Source of the DNA: Myxococcota bacterium
GTDB lineage: Bacteria; Myxococcota_A; UBA9160; SMWR01
Reading direction: 5' to 3'
Assembly (NCBI GenBank): GCA_036336695.1
Contig: JAYZFQ010000014.1
Span: forward strand, 3,585-67,584
Length of the DNA: 64,000 nucleotides
In this document: positions 36,612-45,173 of the stretch, in pieces
Position numbering within the stretch: position 1 is the stretch's first letter
Layout: every line of letters begins with the position of its first letter
Notes under the pieces: model-generated
Database searches by the model: none
What the model was told of the DNA's origin: nothing
The model's input: the letters and a program-made list of their open reading frames with translations, nothing else
Translations under genes and position numbers: made by a program

Positions 36612-38085
36612 CCGAGAGTGAGCGCTTGAAGGCGCTGTCCTTGGGCGGGGTGCACACCATCTCCCAGGATTCTCGGCGCCAACCGCCGTCGACCGAGATG
36701 TTCGCAAACGAGGCACCGACCGTGTCGATTCCGCGGACTTCCCGCTCGTCGTCGTCCGGCCACCGCGGGTAATTCTCGCGGTCTTCGCTCCACCGCCCGA
36801 CGAACATGCCCACATCGATCGGCTCGTCCCGAAAATCCCACGAGGCGTAGTAGAGCGGCGCAAGGTTCTGGGCATCGACGTGCTGGATGAACCGCACCAC
36901 CTGCTCCCCACTCCGGGCCTCCTTCGAGCGCCCCTCCAGCACGACCGCCCGCCGGAGATCCCACCGATCCGAAGCGAAGGAAAGGCCCCAGGGGCCGAAC
37001 TCCCGGTTCTCTTCCTCGGGATAGCCAGCGGTGCGCGCATTGATGGGCGTGAGCACGTCCTGCACACCGAGCACCCGGATCTCGTAAAGCAGGGGCCGCA
37101 TTTCGAGCCCCTCGAACCCGCTCCGCTTGGTGGTGATCGTGCCGACTGCCGCACCGACGCCAGCGCCACCACCACCGCCACCGCCGCCGCCCAGCCCGGA
37201 GATGGTCGTGGGCTTGATCACGCCGACGCTGAACGAAGGCATGTAGACGCCCTCTATCCCGGACGCGGGAACCCGGCGGACCCGGCGGTAGTCGGGCAGG
37301 TAGGCGTGGAGATCGTCGCTACGGTCGGGCTCGACGAGGTGATCGACGTGACGAAACTGGCGCCAGGCGTAGTGCCGTGCGTCGAACGGTTCGTCGAGCT
37401 TCCCGCCGACCACCCAGTGCTTCCCACGTGCGCCCGGCGCCTTGTAGTCCTTTGCGCTGCGATCCGCGCGGAAGTCGACCTGGGCGCGAAAAATCTCCCC
37501 GACGAAGGGTTCCGCACGACCGCCCCGCCCCACCATATCGGAGGTACGGAAGTCCCCCCAGAACCCGGCGCACTGGTACCGCATCTCGAAATTCCAAGCC
37601 CACTTCCCGCCGGCCTCGGGGTCGTCGGGCCCGAAGCGGTCGGGAGGAAACGGCAGGCCCGCCGTGTAATCGACCAGGCCGCCGTTGGGCGCGAACTTCG
37701 CCTGGCCGACGTGAGCGGCCGTCGCGGCGTCGTAGAACGCCGGCGGCGAATAGTCGGCAAAGCACCTACCGATCTCGAGCTGCATGCCCTCGTAGAAGAA
37801 ACGGTCTCGGTACTCCCAGATGTAGGGCGGCAGGAAGTCCTTGAGCGCTTCGAGCTGCTCCATGGAAAAGGTGTCGCCCGTTTGAAAGGGAAAAGCGGGC
37901 GCATCGGTGCCGGGCGGCCAACCGCGCAGAGCCTCGCCGGGTTGGCAGGAATCGATGGCGGGAAGGGTCCAGGGCACCGGGCGCACCGCGGCATCTTCGT
38001 AGCGCGGCTCCTCTTCCGCGCGCACGGCGCCTGCCCCCAGCACGAGTCCGGCCAGAACGAGCGACGGGAGCCGCAACCTACCCAA
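36586..38085 (-). CDS. Secreted protein, possibly DUF1329 / LolA-like, with an internal poly-glycine tract
   Basis: Signal peptide LPSLVLAGLVLGAGAVRA-EEE. About 470 aa, rich in W/Y/F. Contains GLGGGGGGGGGAGVGAAVG. The start is TTG 38085 or TTG 38076, adjacent to the upstream stop. Confidence 0.5.
   Translation of the reverse strand: MGRLRLPSLVLAGLVLGAGAVRAEEEPRYEDAAVRPVPWTLPAIDSCQPGEALRGWPPGTDAPAFPFQTGDTFSMEQLEALKDFLPPYIWEYRDRFFYEGMQLEIGRCFADYSPPAFYDAATAAHVGQAKFAPNGGLVDYTAGLPFPPDRFGPDDPEAGGKWAWNFEMRYQCAGFWGDFRTSDMVGRGGRAEPFVGEIFRAQVDFRADRSAKDYKAPGARGKHWVVGGKLDEPFDARHYAWRQFRHVDHLVEPDRSDDLHAYLPDYRRVRRVPASGIEGVYMPSFSVGVIKPTTISGLGGGGGGGGGAGVGAAVGTITTKRSGFEGLEMRPLLYEIRVLGVQDVLTPINARTAGYPEEENREFGPWGLSFASDRWDLRRAVVLEGRSKEARSGEQVVRFIQHVDAQNLAPLYYASWDFRDEPIDVGMFVGRWSEDRENYPRWPDDDEREVRGIDTVGASFANISVDGGWRRESWEMVCTPPKDSAFKRSLSVTNLTKRR
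37141..37200 (-). repeat. (GGN)n triplet run encoding poly-Gly
   Basis: The plus strand reads GCCACCACCACCGCCACCGCCGCCGCC. This is nine consecutive Gly codons flanked by further G/A/V codons. Confidence 0.9.
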
Positions 38086-39643
38086 GGGTGAGCAAGTCGT
38101 GGGCACGAACCATCCGCTCCTGGATCTGAATACCGAACGGACAGGAACCCGTGCAGGGCGCCGAACACTCCGCACACACCGACGCATTCCTGGAAAGCTT
38201 GGCGTACTGGGAAATGCCTTCCTTCTCCCAGCCGTAGTCCTCGAAATACATGCGGTGGCGCAGGACGTCGTGGATCGGCAATTCCTCGGGACAGGAGCCC
38301 AGACAGCGACCGCAATGGGGGCCGCAATAGCTCCCCGCTATGCGGGCGTCGTAGGCGTCGAGGGCTGCCTGGTCCTTCGGCGTAAACGGCAGCCCGGACG
38401 CCGCGATGTACTCGTCCACGTGCTGCTCTTCGAAGAACGAGATCACGGCGCAGGAGACGTCGGGGTTGGACAGGCTCCACTTGAGAGCCGCCTGGACGTA
38501 GCTGTCCGCGTAGGGCTCGAAATCCGTCAAGCCTCGGTGCTTGGCGCCCTTCAACGTCTTCATCGCCACCACACCCATGTCCTGTTCCTCGCGCGCGCGT
38601 TTCATGACGGCGTCGATCGGCGACCAGATGCCCTGGTGATAGGCGAGCATCATCACATCGAAACGGCCGTCGTCGATCGCCGCGTTCGCGACGTTGACGA
38701 GGTTCGGCGTATGGGTGGAGAAGCCGAGGAATCGGACCTTGCCCTCCTCCTTGAGCTGCGCGAAGGCCTCGTGGACATTGGGATCGAGGAGTCGATCGAT
38801 CTCATCGCAGGAGTGGATGTGCACGAGGTCCACGTAATCGGTTCCGAGCCGTCCCAAGCTCGCCTCGACCGCCTCCTTGTACTTCTCCACCGGAGTGCCC
38901 GGCGGCAGGTGCCCGATCGGCGTGCAGAACTTGGTGGCGATGAAAAGCTTGTCCCGCACGCCGCGGATCGCGCGGCCCATCGCCTCTTCGCTGCCGGCGC
39001 CGGAATAATCGGGCGAGGTGTCGAAGTAGTTGATGCCGCGGTCGATGGCTTCCCGCGCAATCCGCTCGCCGTTCTCGTCACGAATGCGGCCCGTTCCCAG
39101 CACGATGTCCGAAACCTGCCAGTCCGTGCGCCCGAAGCGGCGGTAGTCGCGAATCCGACTCCCTTCCCAGGCCGGTTCCGGGTTCGGATGGGTGAAGGCC
39201 ATGTCCCGGTCCTGGATCAGGGTCATCCCCGCCCAGCCCTCGTTGTCGTGGCCCACGCCGAGGAATCCCCGGCTGGCGGCCACGCCACCCCCGACGACGA
39301 GCGACGAGAGCGCGGCCCCGGCCCCGGCACCGGCCCCGGTGAGGAACCGCCGGCGCTCCGGGTCGGTCTCGGCAACACGCGACCGCACCGCGCCGCGCAC
39401 GGCGAAGAATCCGAAGGCGGCGATCCCCAATAACGTCACCACCAGCCAGACGGCCCCGGCCACGGCATGCCGCGGCTCCGAGGCGACAGAGCCGACCCAA
39501 CGCTGGATCGACTCTCCGGCCCACCAAGCCGAGGCATCGAGACCGACGAAGGCGTGGTAGAGCAGGGAGCCGGCGACGAACCAACCACCCAGGAGGGCGA
39601 CCAGCAAAGCCGCGAGCCAGGCATTGCGAGGACTGCGGAACAT
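38078..39643 (-). CDS. Aldo/keto reductase with C-terminal 2x[4Fe-4S]-type Cys motifs and an unusual N-terminal membrane extension
   Basis: AKR core (GINYFDTSPDY, YVDLVHIHS, KVRFLGFSTH). C-terminal CGPHCGRCLGSCP and CAECSAPCTGSCP. A twin-arginine-like ERRRFLTGAGAGAGAA follows two predicted TM helices. ATG 39643 has GGGAGGG 8 nt upstream. Confidence 0.8.
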   Translation of the reverse strand: MFRSPRNAWLAALLVALLGGWFVAGSLLYHAFVGLDASAWWAGESIQRWVGSVASEPRHAVAGAVWLVVTLLGIAAFGFFAVRGAVRSRVAETDPERRRFLTGAGAGAGAALSSLVVGGGVAASRGFLGVGHDNEGWAGMTLIQDRDMAFTHPNPEPAWEGSRIRDYRRFGRTDWQVSDIVLGTGRIRDENGERIAREAIDRGINYFDTSPDYSGAGSEEAMGRAIRGVRDKLFIATKFCTPIGHLPPGTPVEKYKEAVEASLGRLGTDYVDLVHIHSCDEIDRLLDPNVHEAFAQLKEEGKVRFLGFSTHTPNLVNVANAAIDDGRFDVMMLAYHQGIWSPIDAVMKRAREEQDMGVVAMKTLKGAKHRGLTDFEPYADSYVQAALKWSLSNPDVSCAVISFFEEQHVDEYIAASGLPFTPKDQAALDAYDARIAGSYCGPHCGRCLGSCPEELPIHDVLRHRMYFEDYGWEKEGISQYAKLSRNASVCAECSAPCTGSCPFGIQIQERMVRAHDLLTLG

Positions 39644-39693
39644 GATCGGACCCTCCCGGGCGCATTGCGCTCCAGCATTATACGATCCCCGGA

Positions 39694-40164
39694 GTGGATA
39701 CCCCCAAGCTCTCGATTCCGACCCTGGACGCCGTCAAGGAGTACGTGGGAAAGCCGATCGGTCCCACCGAGTGGATCAGGGTCGACCAGGCACGCATCGA
39801 CGGCTTCGCCGAGGTAACGGGCGACCACCAGTGGATCCACGTCGACGTGGCACGGGCCGACCGCGAGTCGCCCTGGAAGACGACTATCGCCCATGGCTAC
39901 CTCACCCTCGCGATGACCCCGGACCTGTTGTCGCAGATCCTGAGCATCAAAGGGTGGACCACGGCGGTGAATACCGGACTCGACAAGCTCCGCTTCTCGG
40001 CACCGGTGCCCGCCGGATCGCGCGTCCGTCTGAAAGCGTCGATCAAGGACACGCGCAACATTCCCAAAGGCGGCGTGCGGGTGACATTCGCCCTGCGTTT
40101 CGAGGTCGAAGGCGCCTCGAAGCCTGCCCTCCTCGCCAACGTGAACTACGTCTACTTCCCGTAG
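39694..40164 (+). CDS. MaoC-like (R)-specific enoyl-CoA hydratase / hotdog-fold dehydratase
   Basis: FAEVTGDHQWIHVD and TIAHGYLTL; 156 aa. Confidence 0.85.
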   Translation: MDTPKLSIPTLDAVKEYVGKPIGPTEWIRVDQARIDGFAEVTGDHQWIHVDVARADRESPWKTTIAHGYLTLAMTPDLLSQILSIKGWTTAVNTGLDKLRFSAPVPAGSRVRLKASIKDTRNIPKGGVRVTFALRFEVEGASKPALLANVNYVYFP

Positions 40165-40174
40165 GTCGTTCGTC

Positions 40175-41815
40175 GTGCGTATTGCCATCGCCCAGGTCAA
40201 CCCCGGCGTCGGTGACCTCCAGGGGAATCGAAGGTTGGTGGAGGAGGCCGTCGAACGGGCGGTGACCCACCGGGCCGACCTGGTCGCCCTCCCGGAAATG
40301 GTGCTGACCGGTTACCCGCCGATGGACCTGCTCGAGCGCGACGGCTTCGTCCGCGACCAGTTGCGGGAACTCGAAGCGCTGCTGCCCCTTTCCCGGAAGC
40401 TCCCGATCGTGCTCGGCGCCGTGATCCCGGCCCAAGACAAACGGGGTCCGGGTCTGACGAACGCGGCGGTCCTCCTCACCGGCGGCCAACGCGCTGGGGT
40501 GCAACCCAAGACCCACCTTCCGAGCTACGACGTCTTCGACGAACGACGCTTCTTCCGCGAAGCCGAAACGCGCCAGCCGGTCTTCCTGGAAGGCCGTCGG
40601 CTCGGACTCACGGTGTGCGAGGACGCCTGGGTCGAGCCGCTCGGCTACCGCGTCGATCCGACGGGCGAACTGGCCCGCGGCGGTGCGGAACTCGTCTTGA
40701 ACCTCTCGGCGTCTCCCTGGCACGTCGACAAAGGGGCGGACCGCCGCAACATGATGGCCGACCTCGCAAAACGTCATGGCGTGCCGCTGGTCTTCGTGAA
40801 CCAGGTCGGAGGAAACGACGAACTCGTCTTCGACGGCGCGTCCCTGGCCTGCAACGCCGAGGGACAGGTCCTCGCCCAGCTCGCCCACTTCGACAGCGAC
40901 TTCCGGGTCGTCGACCTCGACACCGATCCGGTGCTGCCTTCCGGGGACATCGCGGGCCCGGACCGCGTCGCCCAACTCGAAGCGGGCCTCGTGCTCGGAA
41001 TTCGCGACTACTTCCGGAAGCAGGGCCTGCCGCCGGGAGCCGTGATCGGCTTGTCGGGCGGGATCGACTCGGCCGTCACAGCCCACCTGGCCGCCCGGGC
41101 CCTGGGCGCCGAGCGCGTGCTGGGGGTCCTCATGCCCGGCCCCTTCTCCTCCGAGCACAGCGTCAGCGACGCCGAGGAACTGGGTCGGCTGCTTGGCATC
41201 GAAGTCCGACTCGCGCCGATCGAACCGATCTACGCCGCCTACCGCTCACTCTTCGGCGCCCTCCTGGGCGAGCGCGACGACTACGGGCTCGCTCAGCAGA
41301 ACGTCCAAGCGCGCATCCGGGGCGCCATCCTGATGGCGGTGTCGAACGCGGAAAATCGCCTGGTCCTCGCCACGGGGAACAAGAGCGAACTGTCGGTCGG
41401 CTACTGCACGCTGTACGGCGACATGGTCGGAGGCCTCGCCGTGCTGGGAGACGTGTACAAGCGCGACGTGTACGCCCTCGCCCACCACGCCAACTCCGAA
41501 GCGCTCCGGATCCCGACGGGCAGCATCGAAAAACCGCCCTCGGCGGAACTCGCACCCGGGCAGGTCGACTCCGACGACCTGCCCGCCTACGACGTACTCG
41601 ACGCGATCCTCGAACAAGCCGTCGAGGGCGGACTCTCTGCCGCCGGCATCACGCCGCCCCCGGGAACCTCGGCCAAGGTCGTGCGGGACGTCGTCGCTCG
41701 GGTCGATCGCAACGAGTACAAGCGACGCCAGGCCCCGCTCGTACTCCGCACCTCACCGAAGGCATTCGGGACGGGCAGACGCCTGCCCATCGTCCATCGC
41801 TATCAGCCGGCCTGA
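40175..41815 (+). CDS. nadE: Glutamine-dependent NAD+ synthetase
   Basis: N-terminal nitrilase-type domain (RIAIAQ, LPEM) plus a synthetase domain with GLSGGIDSAV (SGGxDS). Confidence 0.95.
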   Translation: MRIAIAQVNPGVGDLQGNRRLVEEAVERAVTHRADLVALPEMVLTGYPPMDLLERDGFVRDQLRELEALLPLSRKLPIVLGAVIPAQDKRGPGLTNAAVLLTGGQRAGVQPKTHLPSYDVFDERRFFREAETRQPVFLEGRRLGLTVCEDAWVEPLGYRVDPTGELARGGAELVLNLSASPWHVDKGADRRNMMADLAKRHGVPLVFVNQVGGNDELVFDGASLACNAEGQVLAQLAHFDSDFRVVDLDTDPVLPSGDIAGPDRVAQLEAGLVLGIRDYFRKQGLPPGAVIGLSGGIDSAVTAHLAARALGAERVLGVLMPGPFSSEHSVSDAEELGRLLGIEVRLAPIEPIYAAYRSLFGALLGERDDYGLAQQNVQARIRGAILMAVSNAENRLVLATGNKSELSVGYCTLYGDMVGGLAVLGDVYKRDVYALAHHANSEALRIPTGSIEKPPSAELAPGQVDSDDLPAYDVLDAILEQAVEGGLSAAGITPPPGTSAKVVRDVVARVDRNEYKRRQAPLVLRTSPKAFGTGRRLPIVHRYQPA

Positions 41816-42312
41816 GGCGGCGCGACGGCGGCTTCGGGCACTTCGTCAGCGCTCACCGAACGCACGTTCTCGGCGCGGGCGCCCCGGGGGCCTTCCTGGA
41901 CCACGTACTCGACGACGTCCCCTTCGGAGAGACTGTCGTAGTCCGTCGCACCCAGTCCCGAGCGATGGAAGAACACCTCTTTGCCATCATCGCCGCGCAC
42001 GAAACCGAATCCGCGCTCGCGGACCATCTTCTTGATCCGGCCCTTGACCCGCGGCCCGCTGGGCGAGGGCGCCGCGTTCCGCGCACCGCGCCCGCGACGG
42101 CGACCGCGGCCCCTGGCGCGTTTCGCGCTGAACCGGTCGGTCAGCACGAACTCCTCGCGAAAGAGCTTCAGCGCCACCTCGAGATCCTGGAGCCCATCGG
42201 TCTCGGGAGACAGCAGGACTTCGTCCTCACCCGCCTCCACGATCGCGTAGCGCAGCCCCGTGTTCTTGTGGGTAACGCGTGCGCCGGACTCCACGTCTTC
42301 CAGATGCAACAT
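41803..42312 (-). CDS. Cold-shock-domain protein with an N-terminal extension and an Arg/Gly-rich linker
   Basis: C-terminal GRIKKMVRERGFGFVRGDDGKEVFFH (RNP1/RNP2-like). Before it come KRARGRGRRRGRGAR and an unassigned N-terminal domain of about 60 aa. Confidence 0.8.
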   Translation of the reverse strand: MLHLEDVESGARVTHKNTGLRYAIVEAGEDEVLLSPETDGLQDLEVALKLFREEFVLTDRFSAKRARGRGRRRGRGARNAAPSPSGPRVKGRIKKMVRERGFGFVRGDDGKEVFFHRSGLGATDYDSLSEGDVVEYVVQEGPRGARAENVRSVSADEVPEAAVAPPQAG

Positions 42313-42447
42313 GGCTGGAACCTCTCGATGGCAACCGGAAACGGTCGAGTGCTCGGGTTACGCGCCGCGAATGCGAGAAGCGCAACGAACCTCGCAGGTT
42401 AGGCAATCGGCGGCCGGTGGTCAAACCGCGCTATCTTCCCGCATCCC

Positions 42448-43734
42448 ATGGGATCGATGCGTGTGCTGGCGGCGGTGCTCTGGGCCGCCACGGCTCACGC
42501 AGCGGGAGACTCCGACCCGCTCCGGGTCGGAACCAGCGGCGATTATCCGCCTTTCAGCGCGGCAGATGCCGGTGAACTGCGGGGTTTCGACGTCGATGTC
42601 GCCCGGGCCTACGCCGAAGAGCGGGGGCGGCCCCTCGAATTCGTGCCCTTCGCGTGGCCCGAGCTCGTCCAGGCTCTCCGGGAAGGTCGGTTCGACGTGG
42701 CGATGTCCGGAATCACGGTCCGGCCGGAACGCAGCGCCGCCGGGCGCTTCACCGTTCCGGTCACCGAGAGCGGCGCGGTCGTGCTGGTACGCAAGCCGAC
42801 GCTCGTGTCCTCGATCGACGAGGTTGACCGGCGCGGCCTGCGCCTGGGTGTCAACGCGGGGGGGCACCTCGAGCAGGTCGCGCGCACTCACTTCCCGAAG
42901 ACGACCCTCGTAGCGATTCCCAGCAACACCGAAGTGCTCCGGGCGCTCCGGTCGGGAACGGTCGACGCGGCGGTGACCGACACCCGGGAAGCCCCGCACT
43001 GGGAACGCGCGGTGGCGGACGTGCGGCGCCTGGGCCCATTCACCCGGGACCGGAAAGCCCTCCTGGTCGGCGCCGACGAGGCCACCCTCGCGTCCGACCT
43101 CGACACGTGGCTCCTGGAGCGCGAGGCCGACGGGAGCCTCGCGGCTCTCCGGCAGCGGCACTTCGGGCGCACACCGGGATCGGCGACCGCCCTCCCGCTC
43201 GAAGCACTGGTCGCGGCCCTGGACGAGCGCCTCGCGCTCATGCCGGCGGTGACGGCCGCCAAGCGGGCGGCCGTACGCCCCATCGCGGCGCCCCGGCGGG
43301 AGCGGGTGGTGGTCGCGGCGGGCATTGCCGCCGTCCACGCTGCGGCCGAGCGCTCCGGTCGGCCTGTCCCCAACGACGCGGCGGTCAAGGAGTTCTACGC
43401 GGCCCAGATCGCCGCGGCCCGCGAGATACAGATGGCGGCCGGTCGCGACCCGGATTTCACCGGCCCCGAACCGGCCCTCGATCTCGACGCCGCCCTGCGG
43501 CCCGCCCTGCTGCGTATCGGCGAGCGCATCGCCGCCCTCGTGGTTGCGCTTCCCACGGATCTCGAGCCCGGGCAGGTGACGCGCGTCTGCAACGCGGGCT
43601 TGCGCGCCGCCTGGCTGTCGGTTCCGGAACGCAACGCCCTGTGCGTGGCACTGCGCGCCCTGGCGGCTGCCCCGCGAACCGTTTTAGCGGATCAGGAACC
43701 GGGCGAGCGCACCGGCCAGCAAGGGAAGCACTAG
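42448..43734 (+). CDS. Exported cyclohexadienyl dehydratase (PheC-like SBP fold) fused to an AroQ-type chorismate mutase
   Basis: Signal peptide VLAAVLWAATAHA-AG. LRVGTSGDYPPFS, RFDVAMSGIT and DTWLLEREADGSLAALRQRHFG match PheC strings as I recall them. From about residue 245, LDERLALMPAVTAAKRAAVRPIAAPRRER...FYAAQIAAAREIQ matches the secreted AroQ pattern. Confidence 0.75.
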   Translation: MGSMRVLAAVLWAATAHAAGDSDPLRVGTSGDYPPFSAADAGELRGFDVDVARAYAEERGRPLEFVPFAWPELVQALREGRFDVAMSGITVRPERSAAGRFTVPVTESGAVVLVRKPTLVSSIDEVDRRGLRLGVNAGGHLEQVARTHFPKTTLVAIPSNTEVLRALRSGTVDAAVTDTREAPHWERAVADVRRLGPFTRDRKALLVGADEATLASDLDTWLLEREADGSLAALRQRHFGRTPGSATALPLEALVAALDERLALMPAVTAAKRAAVRPIAAPRRERVVVAAGIAAVHAAAERSGRPVPNDAAVKEFYAAQIAAAREIQMAAGRDPDFTGPEPALDLDAALRPALLRIGERIAALVVALPTDLEPGQVTRVCNAGLRAAWLSVPERNALCVALRALAAAPRTVLADQEPGERTGQQGKH

Positions 43735-44196
43735 GCAGACGGCGTACCGCGCCGCGGCGAAGGAAAAGCCGAGGATCGGTACCTCCCACGCAATCAAGCG
43801 GTGCACCGACAGCAGAGACCACGCGGTCAAGAACGCCACCACGGGTCCCGGACCCGCTCCCGCCCGGAGCATGACGGCCGCGATGGGCATCGACACAAAG
43901 GGCCCGGCGGGTGTCAGCAATCCCACCACCGAGGCAATCGCGAGTCCGGCGATCCCGCTCTCCTCGCCCAGGTACTTGCGCAGCAGGTCGTGGGGAAGCA
44001 GCACGTCCACGAAGCCTGCGACCAGGAAGGAAATGGCGATCACGAGCGCGTAGCGCAGCAACAGGGCGCTACCGCCGGACAAGCCGCGGTTCACGAGATC
44101 GCCGCCTCCCTGGAGCCAGGCGAGTGACACGAGGACGGCCAATCCGCCCGCGAGCAGGAAGAACGTGGCGTCGAACACGGTCGAACTCCGTCGCAT
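43684..44196 (-). CDS. Small (about 170 aa) permease-like membrane protein
   Basis: ATG 44196 shares a base with the upstream TGA. Four or five TM helices. The LTPAGPFVSMPIAAVMLRAGAG loop resembles predicted-permease (YraQ/DUF318-type) half-units. Confidence 0.6.
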   Translation of the reverse strand: MRRSSTVFDATFFLLAGGLAVLVSLAWLQGGGDLVNRGLSGGSALLLRYALVIAISFLVAGFVDVLLPHDLLRKYLGEESGIAGLAIASVVGLLTPAGPFVSMPIAAVMLRAGAGPGPVVAFLTAWSLLSVHRLIAWEVPILGFSFAAARYAVCLVLPLLAGALARFLIR

Positions 44197-45173
44197 CAGT
44201 AGTAGGGACTCCGGGCACGGTGACGGGGGCGGGCTTTCATTTCGGGATGCTGCCCCCGGTTCCAGAGCAACGTATCGAGCCTGCGCGCGGTCGTCTCGAC
44301 GCCGCGGCTTCGACACGCAGCGACGCAGCGCTCGACCGCGTGCAGGGCGACCGCGCGAATCTCGACCTCTTCGGGAGAACCCGGCGCGAGCCGTTCCCCC
44401 CGGTCGACACGATCCGCGAGAGCTGCCTCATAGTTCAGTACGCCTTCGCAGCGCAGCACGTGGGGAACGAGGTTGTCGGCGAACATCGTGAGCTCGTCCA
44501 GGTCGTCGAAGCGCCCGTACCCGCGACCGTCGAAGGCCGCCGCAAGGTCCGACACCGTGATCTGGGCGCGCTTGAAAAACGGAACCTCGAGGTCGCCATA
44601 GCGGGCAACGTCCCGGTAGAGCGGCATCTCGGCGAGCGCGTCCACGAGCCGCGCCGCCGACCCGGCCGCCGCCTCGACCGCGGCCTCGAAGCTGCCCCCG
44701 TACCCGGCGAGCAGCCAGGTGCCGAGGTCGCGCAGGGACCGGGCGAAGAGCGCCATCAATTCCTCGGCGTCGGCTCCCGCGTCCTGCTGCCCGAAAAGAC
44801 GCGTGCATGCCGTGGGCGTCATGTCCGCCAGCGCCTTTGCAGAGTACGGCCCAGAAGCCTCGAAGCGCTTGCGCAGCGCGGTCGCGATGGTGAAGTACCC
44901 GGAACGACCACCGGGCTTGTGAAGGGAGGGAAACCATCCCGAGCCGAAGTTCACGGCGTCCAGGGTGACCACGAAGGCGAGCGTCTCCGCGTCGTCCGGA
45001 AGGGGCGCGTGGACCGGGTCGGTGATCGGCGCGTCGGCCGTGACCAGATCGGCGGCCAGCTCCCCCAGGGCCACGGAATCGATCGAAACCTGACGGGCAC
45101 GCGCCGTGACTTCTGCGCAGCCCCGGCGCAACCGGGCAAAGACAGCTTCGGCGGCCACCGCTTCCGCGGTCAC
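44196..45173 (-). CDS. Queuosine salvage protein, DUF2419 / Qng1 family
   Basis: FFKRAQITVSDL, LTMFADNLVPHVLR, EVEIRAVA, LDTLLW and a C-terminal PRHRARSPYY parallel my recollection of human QNG1/C9orf64 (FYKRAQILVAD, ITMFADYRLPQVL, EVEIR, LDYYLW, PFHRIRCIYY). GTGA overlap with the upstream kinase. Confidence 0.85.
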   Translation of the reverse strand: MTAEAVAAEAVFARLRRGCAEVTARARQVSIDSVALGELAADLVTADAPITDPVHAPLPDDAETLAFVVTLDAVNFGSGWFPSLHKPGGRSGYFTIATALRKRFEASGPYSAKALADMTPTACTRLFGQQDAGADAEELMALFARSLRDLGTWLLAGYGGSFEAAVEAAAGSAARLVDALAEMPLYRDVARYGDLEVPFFKRAQITVSDLAAAFDGRGYGRFDDLDELTMFADNLVPHVLRCEGVLNYEAALADRVDRGERLAPGSPEEVEIRAVALHAVERCVAACRSRGVETTARRLDTLLWNRGQHPEMKARPRHRARSPYY

